Source: Squalus acanthias (taxonomy: Eukaryota). Taken from it: DNA of 64,000 nt. A program made the position numbers and the translations under genes. The stretch spans positions 310,001 through 374,000 of the forward strand of contig JASTWF010000335.1 of NCBI GenBank assembly GCA_030390025.1. The letters are read 5' to 3'. The notes below the pieces were generated by a model, which was not told the origin of the DNA, made no database searches, and saw only the letters and a list, made by a program, of their open reading frames with translations. The stretch's first letter is position 1. Each line of letters begins with the position of its first letter. This document shows, one piece after another, positions 49,300 through 61,229 of this stretch.

Positions 49300-50410
49300 G
49301 TTCGGGTTAATGGTTAGGGTTAGTAGTTAGGGTTAGTGATTCGGGTTAGTAGTTAGGGTTAGTGATTCGGGTTAGTAGTTAGGGTTAGTGATTCGGGTTA
49401 GTAGTTAGGGTTAGTGATTCGGGTTAGTAGTTAGGGTTAGTGATTCGGGTTAGTAGTTAGGGTTAGTGATTCGGGTTAGTAGTTAGGGTTAGTGATTCGG
49501 GTTAGTAGTTAGGGTTTCGTGATTAGGGTTAATAGTTAGGGTTTAGTGATTAGGGTTAGTAGTTAGGGTTAGTGATTCGGGTTAGTAGTTAGGGTTAGTG
49601 ATTCGGGTTAGTAGTTAGGGTTAGTGATTCGGGTTAGTAGTTAGGGTTAGTGATTAGGGTTAGTAGTTAGGGTTAGTAATTAGGGTTAGTAGTTAGGGTT
49701 AGTAGTTAGGGTTAGTGATTAGGGTTAGTAGTTAGGGTTAGTGATTCGGGTTAGTAGTTAGGGTTAGTGATTAGGGTTAGTAGTTAGGGTTAGTGATTAG
49801 GGTTAGTAGTTATGGTTAGTGATTAGAGTTAGTAATTAGGCTTAGTAGTTAGGGTTAAAAGTTAGGGTTAATGGTTAGGGTTAGTAGTTAGGGTTAATGG
49901 TTAGGGTTAGTAGTTAGGGTTAAAAGTTAGGGTTAGTAGTTAGGGTTAATGGTTAGGGTTAGTAGTTAGGGTTCATGATTAGGGTTAGTAGTCAGGGTTA
50001 AAAGTTAGGGTTAGTAGTTAGGGTTAATGGTTAGGGTTCGTAGTTTGGGTGAATGGTTAGGGTTAGTAGTTAGGGTTAATGGTTAGGGTTAATAGTTAGG
50101 GTTAATAGTTAGGGTTAATGGTTAGGGTTAGTAGTTAGGGTTAATGGTTAGGGTTAATAGTTAGGGTTAGTTGTTAGGGTGAATGGTTAGGGTTAATAGT
50201 TTGGGTTAGTTGTTAGGGTTAATGGTTAGGGTTAGTAGTTAGGGTTAGTTGTTAGGGTTAATGGTTAGTAGTTAGGGTTAATGGTTAAGGTTAGTAGTTA
50301 GGGTTCATGATTAGGGTTAGTAGTTAGGGTTAATGGTTAGGGTTAGTAGTTAGGGTTAAAAGTTAGGGTTAGTAGTTAAGGTTAATGGTTAGGGTTAGTA
50401 GTTAGGGTTC
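49300..50410 (+). repeat. Telomere-like 13-bp-period array, left part
   Basis: Units GGGTTAGTAGTTA, GGGTTAGTGATTC and GGGTTAATGGTTA, alternating as a 26-bp dimer. Confidence 0.95.
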
Positions 50411-53400
50411 GTAGAGAGCAAATAATAAAAATGACAACAGAGAAGGTCATAGACTTAGGTAGCAGTGGGGAAATTAAAAACCAGAGTGTGTCAGGAAGGG
50501 ACAGAAGGTATGGAGTAAAAGGTAAAGTAATAAAAAGGGCAAAAGCAGGAACTAAGTGTTACAAAACATATTTGAAAGTTCTCTATCTGAATGCACGTAG
50601 CATTTGTAACAAAATAGACGAGTCAATGGCACAAATAATTACATATGGGTATGATCTTGTGGCCATTACAGAAACATGGCTGCAGGGTGACAATGCCTGG
50701 GAATTAAACATACCAGGTTATTTAACGATCAGGAAGGACAGGCAAGAAGGAAGGGGAGGTGGGGTGGCTATGTTAATAAAGGAAGGAATCACTGTAATAC
50801 AGAGAAATGATATTGGGTCAAAAGATCAGGATAATGAAACAGTTTGGGTGGAGATAAGGAATAATAAGGGGAAAAAACACTAGTGGGCGTAGTCTACAGG
50901 CCTCCGAACAGTTGCAACTCTGTTGGACGGAGTATCAATCAGGAAATAGTTGAGGCTTGTAATAAGGGAACATCTATAATTATGGGGGATTTTAACTATC
51001 ATATTAATTGGACAAATCAAATGGGGCAGGGCTGCCTTGAGGATGAGTTCATTGAGTGTATTAGGGATGGGTTTCTTGAGCAGTATGTAACTGAACCGAC
51101 CAGGGGGCAAGCAACCTTAGATCTGGTCCTGTGTAACGAGACAGGATTAATTAAAAATGTCCTAGTAAAGGATCCCCTTGGAATGAGTGACCATAACATG
51201 GTTGAATTCCATATTCAATTAGAGGGTGAGAAGGTTGGATCTCAAACAAGCGTGCTAAGCTTGAATAAAGGAGACTATGAAGGTATGCGAGCGGAATTGA
51301 GTAGAGTGGATTGGGAAAATAGATTAAAGGGTAAGATGATACATGATCAGTGGTGTACATTTAAGGGTTATTTTACAACTTCCAAAAAAAATATATTCCA
51401 CTGAGAAGAAAAGGGTGTAAAAGAAAAGACAGTCATCCGTGGCTAAGTAAAGAAATTAAGGATAGTATTCGACTAAAAACAAGGGAGTATAAGGTAGCCA
51501 AATCTAGTGGGAGGATAGAGGATTGGGAAAACTTTAAAAGACAGCAAAAAATAACAAAAAGATTGATTAAGAAAGGGAAGATAGATTATGAAAGTAAATT
51601 AGCAAAAAATATAAAAACAGATAGTAAGAGTTTTTATAGTTATATAAAAAGAAAAAGGGTGGCTAAAGTAAATGTTGGTCCCTTAGAGGATGAGACCGGG
51701 AAATTAATGGTGGGAAATATGGAGATGGCAAATACACTGAATGGATACTTTGTATCAGTCTTTACAGTAGAGGACACTAAGAATATCCCAACACTGGACA
51801 AACAGGGGGCTATAGGGGGGGAGGAGCTAAACACGATCAAAATCACTAAGGAAGTGGTACTCGGTAAAATAATGGGACTCAAGGCGGATAAATCACCTGG
51901 ACCTGATGGCTTACATCCTAGGGTCTTGAGGGAAGTGGCAGTAGGGATTGTGGATGCATTGGTTACAATTTTCCAAAACTCCCTGGACTCAGCAAAGATC
52001 CCGGCAGACTAGAAAACTGCTAATGTAACACCCTTATTTAAAAAGGGCAGTAGACAGAAGGCTGGAAACTATAGACCGGTTAGCCTAATATCTGTGGTAG
52101 GTTAAATTTTGGAGTCCATTATTAAGGAGACAGTAACGGGACATTTGGATAATCATAATTTAATAGGATAAAGTCAGCATGGTTTTATGAAGGGGAAGTC
52201 ATGTTTGACAAATTTGCTGGAGTTCTTTGAGGAAGTAACATACAGGATGGATAAAGGGGAACCAGTGGATGTGTATTTAGACTTCCAAAAGGCATTTGAC
52301 AAGGTGCCACACAAAAGATTATTGCTTAAGATAAAAAATCACGGGATTGGGTGTAATATTCTGGCATGGATAGAGGATTGGCTATCTAACAGAAGGCAGA
52401 GAGTTGGGATAAATGGTTCATTCTCAGACTGGCAATCAGTAACTAGTGGTGTTCCGCAGGCGTCAGTGCTGGGTCCCCAACTCTTTACAATCTATATTAA
52501 TGATTTGGAGGAGGGGACCGAGTGTAACATATCAAAGTTTGCAGATGATACTAAGATGGGAGGGAAAGTAGTGAGTGAGGAGGACATAAAAAATCTGCAA
52601 GGGGACGTAGACAGGCTAAGTAAGTGGGCAGAGATTTGGCAGATGGAATACAATACTGGAAAGTGTGAGGTTATGCACTTTGGCAGGAAAAATAGTAGAG
52701 CAAGTTATTATCTTAATGGCAAGAAACTGGAAAGTACTGAAGTACAAAGGGATCTGGGGGTCCTGGTGCACGAAACTCAAAAGGTTAGTATGCAGGTGCA
52801 GCAAGTGATTAAGAAGGCCAATGGAATGTTGGCTTTCATTGCTAGGGGGATAGAATATAAAAATAGGGAGGTATTGCTTCAGTTGTACAAGGTATTGGTG
52901 AGACCGCACCTGGAATACTGCATACAGTTTTGGTGTCCATACTTAAGAAAAGACATACTTGCTCTTGAGTCAGTACAAAGAAGGTTCACTCGGTTAATCC
53001 CGGGGATGAGGGGATGGACATATGAGGAGAGCTTGGGTAGATTGGGACTCTACTCATTGGAGTTCAGAAGAATGAGAGGCGATCTTATTGAAACATATAA
53101 GATTGTGAAGGGGTTGGATCAGGTGGATGCGGGGAGGATGTTCTCAATGATGGGTGAAACTAGAACTAGGGGGCATAGTCTCAGAATAAGGGGCTGCTCT
53201 TTCAAAACTGAGATGAGAAGGAAGTACTTCACTCAGAGGGTGGTAGGTCCATGGAATATGCTGCCCCAAAAAGCTGTAGAAGCTACATCATTACATAAAT
53301 TTAAAACAGAAATAGACAGTATCCTAGAAGTAAAGGGAATTAAGGGTTACGGGGAGCGGGCAGGAATTTGGACATGAGTCTAGGTTCGGATCGGTCATGG

Positions 53401-53613
53401 CCCTGTGGGTAGCGTAGCGGGCCCAGGGGCCGTGTAGCTTGATCCTGCTCCTATTTTGTGTGTCCAATTCTGTTAGGTTCAGGAGATGGTTCTGTGATAG
53501 TAGATTGGCGGTTAGGATCAGATCAGCCATGATCTTATTGAATGGCGGAGCAGGCTCGAGGGGCCAATTGGCCTACTGCTGCTCCTATTTCTTATGTTCT
53601 TATGTTCTTATGT
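50411..53613 (+). mobile_element. CR1 LINE with near-complete ORF2 (endonuclease plus RT, disrupted) inserted in the telomere-like array
   Basis: LYLNARS, ITETWL, MGDFN, SDH, KSPGPDG, FADD, tail TTCTTATG repeats. Several stops and frameshifts. Confidence 0.95.
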
Positions 53614-54820
53614 TAATGATTAGGGTTAGTAGTTAGGGTTAATGATTAGGGTTAGTAGTTAGGGTTAATAGTTAGGGTTAGTAGTTTGGGTTAATGGTTA
53701 GGGTTAATAGTTAGGGTTAATGGTTAGGGTTAGTAGTTTGGGTTAATGGTTAGGGTTAATAGTTAGGGTTAGTAGTTAGCGTTAATGGTTAGGGTTAGTA
53801 GTTAGGGTTAATGGTTAGGGTTAATAGTTAGGGTTAGTTGTTAGGGTGAATAGTTAGGGTTAATAGTTCGTGTTAGTAGTTAGGGTTAATGGTTAGGGTT
53901 AGTAGTTTGGGTTAATGGTTAAGGTTAATAGTTAGGGTTAATGGTTAGGGTTAGTAGTTAGGGTTAATGGTTAGGGTTAATGGTTAGGGTTAGTAGTTAG
54001 GGTTAGCTGTTATGGTTAATGGTTAGGACTAGTGATCAGGGTTAATGGTTAGGGTTAGTACTTAGGGTTAATGGTAGGGTTAGTAGTTAAGATTAATGGT
54101 TAGGAACAAGTGGTCAGGGTTAATGGCTAGGATTAGTACTTAGGGTTAATGGTTAGGGTTAGTAGTTAGGGTTAATGCTTAGGGTTAGTACTTAGGGTTA
54201 ATGGTTAGGGTTAGAAGTTAGGGTTAATGGTTAGGCTTAATGGTTAGGGTTAGTACTTCGAGTTAATGGTTAGGATTACCAGTTAAGGTTAATGGTTAGG
54301 GACTAGTGGTCAGGGTTAATGGTTAGGGTTAGTACTTAGGGTTAATGGTTAGGGTTGGTACTTAGGGTTAACGGTTAGGATTAGTAGTTAGGGTTAATGG
54401 TTGGGGACTAGTGGTCAAGGTTAATGGTTAGGGTTAGTACTTAGGGTTAATGGTTAGGGTTAGTGGTTAGGGTTAATGGTTAGGGTATGGGTTAGTGGTT
54501 AGGGTTAATGGTTCGGGTATGGGGTTAGTGGTTAGGGACTAGTGGTTAGGGTTAGGCTTGGGTGTTAGATTTGCGATTAGTAGTTGGTGATAGGGTTAAT
54601 GGTTAGGGTATGGGGTTAGTGGTTAGGGACTAATGGTTAGAATTAGGCTTAGGTATTAAGAGTTGGGGTTAGTAGTCGGGGATATGTTTAATGGTTAGGG
54701 TATGGGGCTAATAGTTAGGGTTAGGCTTGGGTCTTAAGAGTTGGAACTAGTGGCTAGGGTTGGGGTTAACGGTCAGGGTTAGGGTTGGTTGTAAAAGTTG
54801 GGTCTAGTGGTTAGGGGAGC
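53614..54820 (+). repeat. Telomere-like 13-bp-period array, right part, progressively degenerate
   Basis: Same units resume after the CR1 tail and decay towards 54820. Confidence 0.92.
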
Positions 54821-54879
54821 CATATTGAGTTAATAGCGGGATGGGTTAACGCATAACGCCTTTGAAAGGCAACAAGTGA

Positions 54880-55690
54880 TATCATACGATATCAAGGAGC
54901 ACTCCGCAATGCCCCTCCACCATCTACAAGCCTCAAGTCAGGAGTGTGGTGGAATACTTATCGCTCGCCTCGACAGGTGTCGCTGCAACAAAACTCAAGC
55001 GCCTTGGCATTGTCCAGGTCAGGGGACTTTGCTTGATAGGCACCACTGTAACTCAATATCCACCCCCTTCCATGACTCCAGCACTGGACTGCAGCGTGCA
55101 GGATGCACTGCAGCAACTCACCAATGTTGCTTTGACGGCATCTCCGTCCATCCGCAACCACTACAACAACAACAATTTGCATTTAAATAGCGCCTTTAAT
55201 GTAGTAAAACATTCCAAGGTGCTTCACAGAAGCGATTATCAGACACAAATTTGACACTGAGCCACATAAGGAGATATTAGGACAGGTGACCAAAAGCTTG
55301 AACAAGGAGAGAGGGGTAGAGAGACGAAGAGGTTTAGGGAAGGAATTACAGAGTTTCGATGCCTTGGTGGCTAAAGGCACAGCCACCAATGGTGGAGCGA
55401 TTAAAATCGGGGGATGCACAAGAGGCCAGCATTGGAGGAGCACAGAGATCTTAGAGGGCTGGAGGAGGTTACAGAGATAGGGAGAGTGAGCGAGGGCTTT
55501 GGAGGGAGTTGAAAAGAAGGATGAGCTTTTTTAAATTGAGGTGTTAGAAAAACTAGGGTAGCAATGTTGTGGGAACACCATCTCCTCAAAGTTCCTCTCC
55601 AAAAGTCATGCACCATCCCGACTTGGACATATATCGCCGTTCCTTCATCGTCGCTGGGTCAATATCCTGGAATGTCCCAACCTAATGCCT
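54880..55690 (+). mobile_element. Old non-CR1 LINE RT C-terminal remnant interrupted by a minus-strand L2-like 3-prime end (55160-55550)
   Basis: TIYKPQVRSVVEYLSLA..KLKRLGIVQ. The inserted piece begins with an AAC repeat tail. Confidence 0.6.
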
Positions 55691-55807
55691 GCTGTAGCTC
55701 AGTGGCAGATACCTGACTGTGAACATCTTCTGTAGAAGCTTTATTGTGAACATCTTCTGTAGATACCTGGCTGTGAACAACCTTTGTAGATACCTGTGAA
55801 TACCTTT

Positions 55808-56181
55808 TACAATAAAAACAGAAAATGCTGAAAATATTCAGGTCAGCCAGCATCTGCGGAGAGAGAAACAGAGATAACGTTTCAGATCAATGACCTTTCG
55901 TCAGAACTGGAAAAAGTTCGAGATATAACAGGTTTTAAGCAAGTGCAGAGGCAGGGAAATGGGAGAGGAGGGGAGGAAAGAACAAAGGGTGTGATAAGGG
56001 TAGAAGGCAGGAGAGAGTAAATGACAAAAGGGATGATGGTACAAAAGATGGGTCTAGAGGAGGTGTAAATGGGAATAGCAGAATCATCAACAGCTGCCGT
56101 CTGAAAAAATAGGACATAGGTTATAGTCTGAAATTGTTGAACTCGATGCTGAGTGTGGAAGGCTGTAAAGTGCCTAATCGA
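55808..56181 (-). mobile_element. Penelope-like 3-prime end with hammerhead motif (about 55874-55908); continues at 57617-57705 after a CR1 insertion
   Basis: Collinear with 35642-36070. Minus strand AGTT-CTGACGA-AAGGTCATTGATCT-GAAACGTT-ATCT. Confidence 0.8.
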
Positions 56182-57616
56182 AACATAGAAACACTGAAAA
56201 ATAGGAGTAGGAGTAGGCCATTCGGACCTTCGCGCCTGCTCTGTCATTCAGTATGATCATGGCTGATCCTCTATCTCAATACCATATTCCCGCTCTCTCC
56301 CTATACCCCTTGATGCCTTTTGTGTCTATCTATCTCCTTCTGAAATATATTCAGTGACTTGGACTCCACAGCCTTCTGTGGTAGAGAATTCCACAGGTTC
56401 ACCACCCTCTGAGTGAAGAAATTTCCCCTCATCTCAGTCAATGTCCTACCCCGTATCCTGAGACTGTGACCCCTCGTTTTAGACCCCCCCAGCCAGGGGA
56501 AACATCCTCGCTGCATCCAGTCTGTCTAGCCCTGTCAGAATTTTATACGTTTCAATGAGATCCCCTATCATTCTTCTAAACTCTAGTGAATACAGGCCTA
56601 GTCAACCCAACCTCTCCTCATACGACAGTCCTGCCATCCCAGGAATCAGTCTGGTGAACCTTCGTTGCACTCCCTCTATGGCAAGTATGTCCTTTCTTAG
56701 GTAAGGAGACCAAAACTGCACACAGTACTCCAGGTGTGGTCTCACCAAGGCCCTGTACAACTGTAATAAGACATCCTTGCTCCTGTACTCAAATCCACTT
56801 GCAATGAAAGCCAACATACCATTTGCCTTCCTAACTGCTTGCTGCACCTGCATGTTTGCTTTCAGTGACTGGTGGACAAGGACACCCAGGTCCCTTTGTA
56901 CATCAGCATTTCCCAATCTAGCACCATTTAAATAATACTCTGCCTTTCTGTTTTTCCTCCCGAAATGGGTAACTTCACATTTATCCACGTTATGCTGCAT
57001 CTGCCATGTATTTGCCCACTCACTCAACTTGTCTAAATCGCCTTGAAGTCTCTGCATCCTCCTCACAACTCACAATCCCACCTAGTTTCGTGTCGTGTCG
57101 TCAGCAAACTTGGAAATATTACATTTGGTTCCCTCATCCAAATCATTGATATATATTGTGAATAGCTGGGGCCCAAGCACTGATCCCTGCGGTACCCCAC
57201 TAGTCACTGCCTGCCACCCCGAAAAAGACCCATTTATTCCTACTCTCTGTTTCCTGTCTGTTTACCAATTTTCAATCCATGCCAGTATATTACCCCCAAT
57301 CCCATGTGCTTTAATTTTGCACACTAACCTCTTATGTGGGACTTTATCAAAGGCCTTCTGAAAATCCAAATACACCACATCTACTGGTTCTCCCTTACCT
57401 ATTCTACCAGTTACATCCTCAAAAAACTCCAGTAGGTTTGTCAAACACGATTACCCTTTCATAAATCCATGTTGACTTTGTCTAAACCCGTTTTCTAAGT
57501 GTCCTGTTATCACATCCTTTATAATAGACTCGAGCATTTTCCCTACTACTGATGTTAGGCTAACTGGTCTGTAGTTCCCTGTTTTCTCTCTCCCTCCTTT
57601 TTTAAATAGTGGGGTT
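56182..57616 (-). mobile_element. CR1 RT fragment nested in a Penelope-like element
   Basis: ORFs 56602-57066, 57262-57444 and 57451-57750 (NYRPVSLTS, QHGF, FDKVPH). Confidence 0.92.
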
Positions 57617-58012
57617 AAAGATGAGGTGCTGTTCCTCGAGCTTACATTGAGCTTCATTGGAACAGTGTAGGAGGCCGAGGACAGAGAGGTCAGAGCGGGC
57701 ATGTGACTGAACACCTCACTGCAAACACCTTCTTCCCGGCTGGTGCTCATTCAGGTGAAGCATGTGAATGTTTTGTGCTGGGTTCTAACCCAGTTCAAGG
57801 ATGGGCTACTGGCTCATTGTATCTCCTAGTTACTTCCATCTTTCAGCTATGTTTACAATCCATCCACTTGTAAATGGTGACTCTGTGTTCTGGAATGAAA
57901 TCCCCCAATTTTACACCCAGCCATCACAACCAAACTGCAAAAAATAGAAACAACAACAGAAAATGCTGGAAAAACTCAGCGGGCCAGGCAACATCCGTGG
58001 AGAGAGAAAGAG

Positions 58013-58048
58013 AGTTAACGTTTCAGGTCGAAACCCTTCGTCAGAACT
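58013..58048 (-). ncRNA. Minimal hammerhead motif with UUCG-capped stem II
   Basis: AGTT-CTGACGA-A-GGGT-TTCG-ACCT-GAAACGTT-AACT. Confidence 0.75.
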
Positions 58049-58128
58049 GAGAAAAGAGCAGGAAATGAAACAGATGAAAATGCAAGGGGGAGGCTGGGTG
58101 GAGGAATAACTATGGTAAGTAGAGACAT

Positions 58129-58893
58129 TGGCCCAGAAATTAAACATCGATGGTTCCCGCGGGGGTAAGGATTCCCCGCGATATCGCACTCCGCGCCTAC
58201 CTTTTTGTTTGGGGCCCACACGAACTTCAGTTTCAGGGCCTCTCCCTGTTGCAACCGTGCAGTGCTTGCGTATCCCAGAGGCGCAATTAGTTCGTGCGAG
58301 CTCTGGGATCACGTGATTCAGTTAGAGCCAATGGCAGCACACCATCTTTCATTCATAGTTTTGACAGCAAGGGCTGTCAAAGCTATGAATACTACAAGCC
58401 CCCAAAAGAACAGCTAAACCTCAATTAAATTAAAAAAGAAGCCATCACATTAATAAAATAAGTATAGTTAAATAAATTAACCACTTTAAACAAAAAATTA
58501 AATTTTTGAAAAAAATTAAAATCTTTTTAAAAGTTATAAAAATAAACTTACCTTTCTTTAAAGTCTCTAAAAAAGATAAACCTGTTGAAATTTTTTTTAA
58601 ATAACACTTAATTAACTACTTACCTTGTTAAAAGGGGGTCCTACGCCTGCTTTCTTTATGTGTAAAATCTTCACCACTTACCTGCGCGTTCAAACCTGAA
58701 AAAAAAACTAAGTGCACTGCGTGTGCACAGCCTGTAGCATGCACGCGGTTCACTTAGGAACTGCCCCCTTTGCAATACACGAAGTGCCGGTTTCCCGCGC
58801 ATGCGCAGTGCATGCAGGAAACCGGCAATTCGGGACCTAATACGCGAAAGTACACAGTGCGTACTCTCGCGTATTAGGTTTAATTTTCGGGCC
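58129..58893. mobile_element. MITE family B copy, reverse orientation, more diverged
   Basis: ATT-GGCCCAGAAATT...AATTTTCGGGCC-ATT, with the internal palindromes retained. Confidence 0.8.
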
Positions 58894-59736
58894 ATTAAGA
58901 GATGCTCAAGGCAAGATGAGATGGTAATAGGACAGGTTAAGAAACAAAAGGTGAAGTGTGAAATGCTGGCAGAATGAGAGACAGCTGCCGTAGGGGGAGA
59001 GAGAGAAAAAAAGGAAAAAAGCACGAACCAAAAGGGTGGATAAAATGTATATTTCTGGTAGGGGCCGGGGTTATGATCTGAAATTGTTGAACTCGATATT
59101 GAGTCCGGAAGGTTGTAAAGTGCCTAATCGGAAGATGAGGTGCTGTTCCTCGAGTTTACGCTGAGCTTCCGTGGAACAATGCACGAGGCTGAGGACGGTG
59201 AGGTCTGAGTGGGAATGGAGAGGTGAATTAAAATGACAAGCGACCGGAAGCTCAGGGTCACCCTTACGGACTGAATGGAGGTGTTCCGCAAAGTGGTCAC
59301 CCAATCTGAGTTTGGTCTCCCCAATGTAAAAAATAGATATGTGTATGTTTTGTATATACCTTCAATGTATTAAAATATGAGGGGGATGGTGGTGAAATTC
59401 TGCTGTATGATTAACGCACATGTATGAAATTCCTACGGGAGTTGTTAACTTTTGACACTAAATATCATTTGATCATGTTTAAAAAAACTTACATTTATAC
59501 AGTGCCTTTCATGACCTCAGGACATCCCAAAGCACTTTACAGCCAATGAAGTACTTTTGAAGTTTTAACCTCTCAGTTCTTGGGTTAGGCTGCTGTAATT
59601 TGACTCAATGCTCCTGTCGGGGGAGAGCACCAGCATGCTGTACCGAGCATGTGAGTGTAAATCAGGTGAGGGCAGAATCGAGCATGCCCTGATGCTCAGT
59701 GTGTGTGATTAGACGCTCACTGTCAAAACGACTTGA

Positions 59737-61072
59737 AAGACTTGCATTTCTTTAACGCCTATCACAACCTCAGGACGTCCCAAAACGCTTTACAGCCAAT
59801 GAAGTACTTTTGCAGTGTAGTCACTAATTTGCACACAGCAAGATCCCACAAACAGCAATTTGATAAATGACCAGATAATCGGTGTTTTTTTTTTAGAGAT
59901 GTTGATTGCGGGATAAATATTGGCCAGGACACTGGGGAGAACTCACCTCTGCTCTTCTTCAAAATAGTGCCATGGGATCTTTTATGTCCACCTGAGAGGG
60001 TGTGGTTTAGCATCTCATCACAATATATATTAATGACCTAGATAAGGGAACTAAATGTAATATCTCCAAGTTTGCAGATGACACAAAGCTGGGTGGGCGT
60101 GTGTGCTGCGAGGAGGATACCGAGAAACTCCAGGATGATTTGGACAGGTTGGGTGAGTGGGCAGAAGCGTGGCAGATGCAATATAACGTGGATAAATGCG
60201 AGGTTATCCACTTTGGTGTCAAAAACAGAAAGGCAGACTATTATCTGAATGGCAATAGATTGGGAGAAGGGGAAGTGCAACGAGACCTGGGTGTCCTTGT
60301 GCACCAGTCGCTGAAGGTAAGCATGCAGGTGCAGCAGGCGGTGAAGAAGGCAAATGGTATGTTGGCCTTCGTAGCGAAAGGGTTTGAGTATAGGAACAGG
60401 GATGTCTTGCTGCAGTTGTACAGGGCCTCGGTGAGACCACACCTTGAGTACTGTGTGCAGTTTTGGTCGCCTTATCTGAGGAAGGATGTTCTTGCCATGG
60501 AAGGAGTTCAGCGAAGATTCACCAGGCTGATACCTCTGGGATGGCAGGAATGACATATGAGGAGAGATTGGGTCGATTGGGCTTATACTCGCTGGAGTAT
60601 AGAAGAATGAGAGGGGATCTCATCGAAACATATAAAATTCTGACAGGTCTGGACAAACTAGATGCAGGAAGAATGTTCCCGATGGTCGGAGAGTCCAGAA
60701 CCAGGGGTCATAATCTAAGGATAAGGGGTAAGCCATTTAGGACAGAAATGAGGAAGAATTTCTTCACCCAGAGAGTGGGGAACCTGTGGAATTCTCTACC
60801 ACAGAAGGTAGTTGAGGCCAAGTCATTAAATATATTCAAGAATGAGTTAGATATATTTCTTAAAGCTAAAGGGATCAAGGGATATGGGGAGAAGGCAGGT
60901 ACAGGGTACTGAGTTTGGATGATCAGCCATGATCTCATCGAATGGTGGAGCAGGCTCGAGGGGCCGAATGGCCTACTCCTGCTCCTATCTTCTATGTTTC
61001 TATGAAAGACGGCACCTTCAACAGTGCAGTACTCCCTCAGCACTGCTCTGGAGTGTCAGCCTCGAGTTTTGT
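59737..61072 (-). mobile_element. SacSINE1/Deu-like SINE split by a CR1 insertion
   Basis: ..GTTTAGCATCTCATC (to about 60019) resumes as GAAAGACGGCACC (61003). Confidence 0.75.
60020..61003 (+). mobile_element. CR1 3-prime 1 kb (young subfamily)
   Basis: ORFs 60101-60553 and 60463-60912, nearly identical to 18150-19105. Confidence 0.93.
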
Positions 61073-61229
61073 TTAGGATTCAGATGGCAGGTTCACACCG
61101 CAAGATTTCAGCCAAGGTGTGTTTCACAGGGGTCTCCCGACATGAATTGTGCGCTAAGTGTTCCTGAACACTTCCCCTCCCCGCGCACGTTTTTAGCAGC
61201 GCCCAGAAATGAAATTCATGAGACTTAAT

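Larger units (their letters stand above)
57950..59330 (-). mobile_element. Penelope-like 3-prime end (GIY-YIG C-terminus) interrupted by MITE B
   Basis: GDHFAEHLHSVRK..RKLEEQHLIFRLGTLQPSGLNIEF. Confidence 0.85.

Noticed and set aside
49300..54820. True chromosome end or head-to-head telomere fusion
   Set aside because: No pure (TTAGGG)n tract, no switch to CCCTAA, and ordinary sequence continues beyond.
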